From the NCBI GenBank assembly GCA_002794465.1, contig MTSL01000025.1, positions 30,811 through 55,301 of the forward strand: a stretch of DNA of 24,491 nucleotides, given 5' to 3'. The position numbers were made by a program, and so were the translations under genes. Within the stretch, counting starts at the first letter, position 1, and each line of letters opens with the position of its first letter. Origin of the DNA: Paramicrosporidium saccamoebae KSL3 (Eukaryota; Fungi; Cryptomycota). The notes under the pieces were generated by a model, which had not been told where the DNA came from, searched no databases, and saw nothing but the letters and a program-made list of their open reading frames with translations. Of the stretch, positions 20,724 to 24,491 are shown piece by piece.

Positions 20724-21684
20724 ATGGTAACTAAAGAACCGATAGAGTTTAATGCAACAGAGTGTTCAGCAGATTCTGACAGAATGAAAGTGATGGACGC
20801 ATTCGAGCATGAAGCTAGTCTTGCTTTCGAGTTTAGCGACTCTGACGAAGAGGAAAATGTCCTCGGAGAGCTCGAAGAGATAATCTTTGGAGTTAGTAAA
20901 GGAAATGCCGACCTTTCTTTTGAGCGTGTGGATGCACTCGTTGAGCACTTTCAAGACTGCACATTCGAACCAGCCTTGAGGTATCCAACTTGAAACATCT
21001 TATCAGTGTAGGGTAAAAGACGGAATGTTTAGCATTCTTTACGCCGTCCCAGACCGTGGATTTGAAGCGGCTAGATGTGGGAAATTGCCGGACGAACCAT
21101 TCACCAAGAACGACATTCCCCACTTGTTCGCAAAGGAAGTCGCTCGCGCCACCGGAATCGAAATTTCCAAAGATGAAACGGCGATCCTATGGAACGTGCG
21201 CACCGACCAAACAATCGAGGACTACGAGGGATGTAGAGAATACTTTCTGGACGGTGGCGTCTTGGGATGGGAATATGCGCCCCAGAAACGCATTCCAGGG
21301 GAGCGCTGGAAATGTCCGACGGATCATGGGTCCCATGAGATTGGTGCTGTCTTTCGGCGCATCAAGATATTTTCAGAGGGTTATCTAACGGTTGAAGAGC
21401 GACTTGCACGCTGGGGACTTGTAAAATGGTTTGGGATAAAGATCCAAGCGTTCCAAAATGGATATGTAGACCGCCCCGAGGAATGGAGTCGTGTTCTCCT
21501 CGTCCTTGATGTTTGTGAGGAGGATATCCAGACCATGCACACGTTTACGAGTGAGATGCATCTTTTGAACCCCATCTGGAACTTTATTCCGATTCGTGTT
21601 CTCGAGACAATCACAGTGTTTCGGGTATTGTTCCGACTGTCGTTAAGAGACTTTGAGCTGGCATATAGCGCACTTGACAACTGA
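20724..21684 (+). CDS. Family A copy A11. Exons 20724-20980 and 21012-21684 (309 aa); start ambiguous (20685 also in frame)
   Basis: Intron 20981-21011 (31 nt, GTATCC...TGTAG) joins EPALR|VKDGM. The upstream exon 20657-20726 and intron 20727-20760 are recognisable, but the exon carries TAA at codon 6 (20672-20674). Confidence 0.75.
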
Positions 21685-22169
21685 CTGTACCTAGTTAATA
21701 CTCTATAAATATACACTACTTGTCATCATACATCTTGCTTCCTGTATATGAGCAATGGACGGCAATATTGTTGTATGCATAATTACTACACGGTGCTGTC
21801 TCTGGTGAGTCTGCTTTCATCAGTTCCAAATAGCCTGAATACCAGTCTAGCGCGCGTCTGTCAGAGTGACTTTGTTTTGTGGGTCCAGAAATCGTGATTA
21901 TCTTATTAGTATTTGAAGTTTGCTGTTTTAAAAAAAGGCCGATGATATATGCGGAATGTATTCCCAAGGACATGGTCAAAGCAATACTGCATTTCTGTAG
22001 TCATTGGTGACTCTCTATGCTCGAGTTCCTCTAAGTGCATTCGCGTGTGGCAAAGGATCCCATACGGCAAGAAGCCTGGCATATTTTCTGCAAGACTGAG
22101 GGATTGCCGCAAAGTCAAGAGTTCCATTGAGAATTCTCTCGGGATCTATTCAAAAATAGTCTAATTTAT

Positions 22170-22427
22170 AGGAGAGACGGAGTGTTTAGTGCCTTACATT
22201 ACGTTTCTGGAGCCGGAGTAGGGGCAGCCTTCCGACGCTGCAAACTGCCAGATGGACCGTTCACTGTGAACGAAACTCCCAGTCTCTTTGTAAGGGCAAT
22301 AGCTCGAATTACTAGAATCCTAGTCACCCCCGATGAAGCAAAGATTTTATGGGATGTGCGCGTCACAAAACATCTGGAAGACTATGCGAGTCCACGGGGT
22401 TACTTTTTGGACGGTGGATTGCTGTAA
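22170..22427 (+). pseudogene. Family A remnant A12 (5' part of the last exon, truncated)
   Basis: Reads DGVFSALHYVSGAGVGAAFRRCKLPDGPF...ILWDVR...EDYASPRGYFLDGGLL*, closest to A8. It ends where the family C upstream duplication begins. Confidence 0.8.
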
Positions 22428-22598
22428 TAGGCTATTTAGGTCCATAATACCGTTGCAATACACTAGAATGCTATTATGAATATTCATTTGGATTGACCAA
22501 TCATTGTTTGTTCTAAAATTGGCTTTCACACACACTCGTCAGGGGCGCATATCTATTGGCCAGTACTAAATGCAGAGCCACCCCGGTTTCTTCAACTG
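22415..22598. repeat. Upstream region duplicated with family C; paired with about 24174-24353
   Basis: Shared text includes aggctatttag, ctagaatgct.ttatgaa, catttggat and aaa.tggctttca. Confidence 0.8.
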
Positions 22599-23468
22599 AT
22601 GACCTACTTTACATTCAGGCCGACTAAGGGAAGTGTAGTCACACCAAAGCTAGTGAGATGCCTCAGAGTCGTTGCCGACTCTTGCCTGCTTCTGTTCATG
22701 GCGTGGAATATTGTTAATATGTGCTATCCCTTCTGGGGGTGGACAAACTATGTCTTCATTTGGATCGGCTTCGTCCCATATCCATTCTATGCCTGGATTA
22801 TCGGGCGTTTCAAGATTCGCCATTTCATGACAACTATGATTCCTCCCAATTCAAAATGCCCAGCGGATGAATATCATTCCTTGAAGCATTTTGGGTTTCT
22901 ATTTTCCGTTTGGGAGGGTCCAAATGCTGTGATTTTGGGATACTATCACGAGGAAGATCAAGTAAACTGCCTGAGATACCGAATTGCCACCCTTGGTTGC
23001 TCGAGGGGATACTGGAAGTGCATTGGCTGGCTCATTGCCCTGCTCACTGATACCATTCCGATAATTTTGTTTGTAGCATGTTTCAGTGTCGGCTATTACT
23101 TTGGCATTGGCAGCATCTTATCGTTTCTAATGGGTTCCATTCTGGCATGGCAATTGTACACAGTCGTCCTTCGATATGGTGATCCCAGTGTGTGGGAAAC
23201 GAACATTTTTCTCGATGGGAGGATGTGCACCGTAAGGTCTCTTGGGGTACTGATGTGTATCCTGGAGGGGTCGGATGGCGAGCTGTTCTTGGCGAATATC
23301 AAGGCAGTGATGTTTGATCACGAGACTAAAAGTTTGTGGTTTAACTCAATGGCAAGCATGCCATGTCAATGTTGTACATCAATGATGAACCCCGTTCTGC
23401 ATGAAGCAAAGGCACGATATACTCAGAACCTCTTTGAGATCATCTCGAAAAATGCAATAGGATCTTGA
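22599..23468 (+). CDS. Family C copy C1, predicted multi-pass membrane protein (289 aa), unknown function
   Basis: Uninterrupted ATG ORF with hydrophobic stretches near the N-terminus (VVADSCLLLFMAWNIV; YVFIWIGFVPYPFYAWII) and in the middle (IGWLIALLTDTIPIILFVACFSV; FGIGSILSFLMGSILAWQLYTVVL). A paralogue at 24354 supports coding status. Confidence 0.8.
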   Translation: MTYFTFRPTKGSVVTPKLVRCLRVVADSCLLLFMAWNIVNMCYPFWGWTNYVFIWIGFVPYPFYAWIIGRFKIRHFMTTMIPPNSKCPADEYHSLKHFGFLFSVWEGPNAVILGYYHEEDQVNCLRYRIATLGCSRGYWKCIGWLIALLTDTIPIILFVACFSVGYYFGIGSILSFLMGSILAWQLYTVVLRYGDPSVWETNIFLDGRMCTVRSLGVLMCILEGSDGELFLANIKAVMFDHETKSLWFNSMASMPCQCCTSMMNPVLHEAKARYTQNLFEIISKNAIGS

Positions 23469-23727
23469 CACAATAATGGAGTGCCATTTCGGTGGGCACT
23501 AATAGAACCTGTCAATAACTTACCATATCCAATTCAACCACCTTTCACAATAAAATTTTGACGTACGGAGAGTGATGATTAAACTATTTGATTATTGACG
23601 ACAGGGGTTCAAATATTTCAATCGTAGTGATGTCCCGATACTTTACAAAGCCGAGTTAGAAAAACCCTAACAAACACACCATACCTGGCTGTATACTCAA
23701 ACATTTACTTAGCCCTCTGGACAACTT

Positions 23728-24020
23728 CTACATAATGACGTTCTCGACGAACCACGTTCTACACTCTTCAACCTCAGTGGAGTCGACGAGGAGCAATACA
23801 ATGGCACGCTTAGCAAGATCTCTGCCGTCTTTAACAGCGATGCCGCGGAAGCGCTCAGTTTCGAACTCGGCGCCAAACTCAAACACCCGCGGGGATGCAT
23901 GCACCCTCAAACCGTGCAGGGCATTATTTGGTACTGTATTGTCATGATTTAGGCAATGTCCTGTGGTTGAAAAGTCAACTATTTCCAGATCCCCGCGCTA
24001 CTGGCGAAACAGAACGCCAT
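23728..24020 (-). other. Possible small gene or pseudogene (about 97 codons) that needs a +1 correction in a G4 run
   Basis: ATG 24020 gives MAFCFASSAG. The adjacent frame is open for about 90 codons, DLEIVDFS...TWFVENVIM*. Adding one G at 23991-23994 would fuse them. No homology recognised. Confidence 0.25.
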
Positions 24021-24353
24021 GTAGTTTAGCGAGCAATCGCAACTAGATGGGCCAAGATCTTTATAGCACTTTTAAAATGAACAATACTTAGTAAAAAACA
24101 CTCTTTGGACTGGCCGGTAATCATTAACAATGTATAAGCTGCCGTTTCATCACGCAGCACGTGAAATTTGCAGCATTCCTGAAACAGGCTATTTAGATTC
24201 ATAGTACCGCTACAACGCGCTAGAATGCTGTTATGAAAATCCATTTGGATCACCCAATCACTGTTCGTTATAAAACTGGCTTTCAACAAATTTATCAGGA
24301 ACGCATATATCGGTAAGTATACTAGGTACGGGGGCCCTCTGAGCTCTTACCCG

Positions 24354-24491
24354 ATGATTTCCTTTACGTTTGGACCCACTAAGGGGAGTATAGACACACC
24401 AAAGCTGGTGAAACGCCTCAGCGTCATTTTCGACGCATCCCTGATTTCTCTCATGGCATGGAATCTTGTCAACATGTGCTATCCCTTCTGG
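24354..24491 (+). CDS. Family C copy C2, runs off the 3' end of the window
   Basis: MISFTFGPTKGSIDTPKLVKRLSVIFDASLISLMAWNLVNMCYPFW aligns without gaps to the C1 N-terminus MTYFTFRPTKGSVVTPKLVRCLRVVADSCLLLFMAWNIVNMCYPFW. Confidence 0.85.
   Translation, partial: MISFTFGPTKGSIDTPKLVKRLSVIFDASLISLMAWNLVNMCYPFW

Noticed and set aside
2996-21716. Recurrent antisense ORFs over A copies (e.g. ...RNSTRKTVITSRTRIGMRSRMGS...)
   Set aside because: They are shadows of the conserved sense-strand C-terminus. Their starts, lengths and frames vary between copies.

Overview
Gene-dense eukaryotic DNA of roughly balanced GC. The housekeeping genes are fungal-like and intronless, and the accessory genes carry 30-47 nt GT-AG introns. 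This fits a compact Rozellomycota or early-microsporidian-grade genome, but the taxon is inference only. Recognisable genes are a 5'-truncated divergent HECT-like E3 ligase (1-813), MRE11 (1091-2833) and glutathione reductase (5398-6771, minus). Most of the rest is an accessory locus built from three families I cannot name. Family A has 12 copies or remnants of a ~300-320 aa protein on both strands. The six-frame track splits each copy into 2-3 ORFs, which I join through a conserved 30-34 nt phase-2 intron. Family B has 4 copies plus 5' stubs, and only copy B1 carries a C-terminal HEPN-like RNKLAH (Rx4H) motif. Family C is a duplicated multi-pass membrane protein. Four observations stand out. 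(1) Family A has a hidden 67-70 nt first exon and a phase-1 intron that itself contains a conserved in-frame ATG, so each gene can potentially encode a long and a short isoform. This resembles the layout of fission-yeast wtf poison/antidote genes by analogy, not homology. (2) A and B appear to have duplicated together as an A->B module. (3) The A1-A2 cassette sits between convergent MRE11 and glutathione reductase, flanked by a 37-nt direct repeat (32/37 identical). (4) The A copies are recombination mosaics with many single-lesion pseudogenes. No database searches could be run, so all family-level functions are hypotheses.
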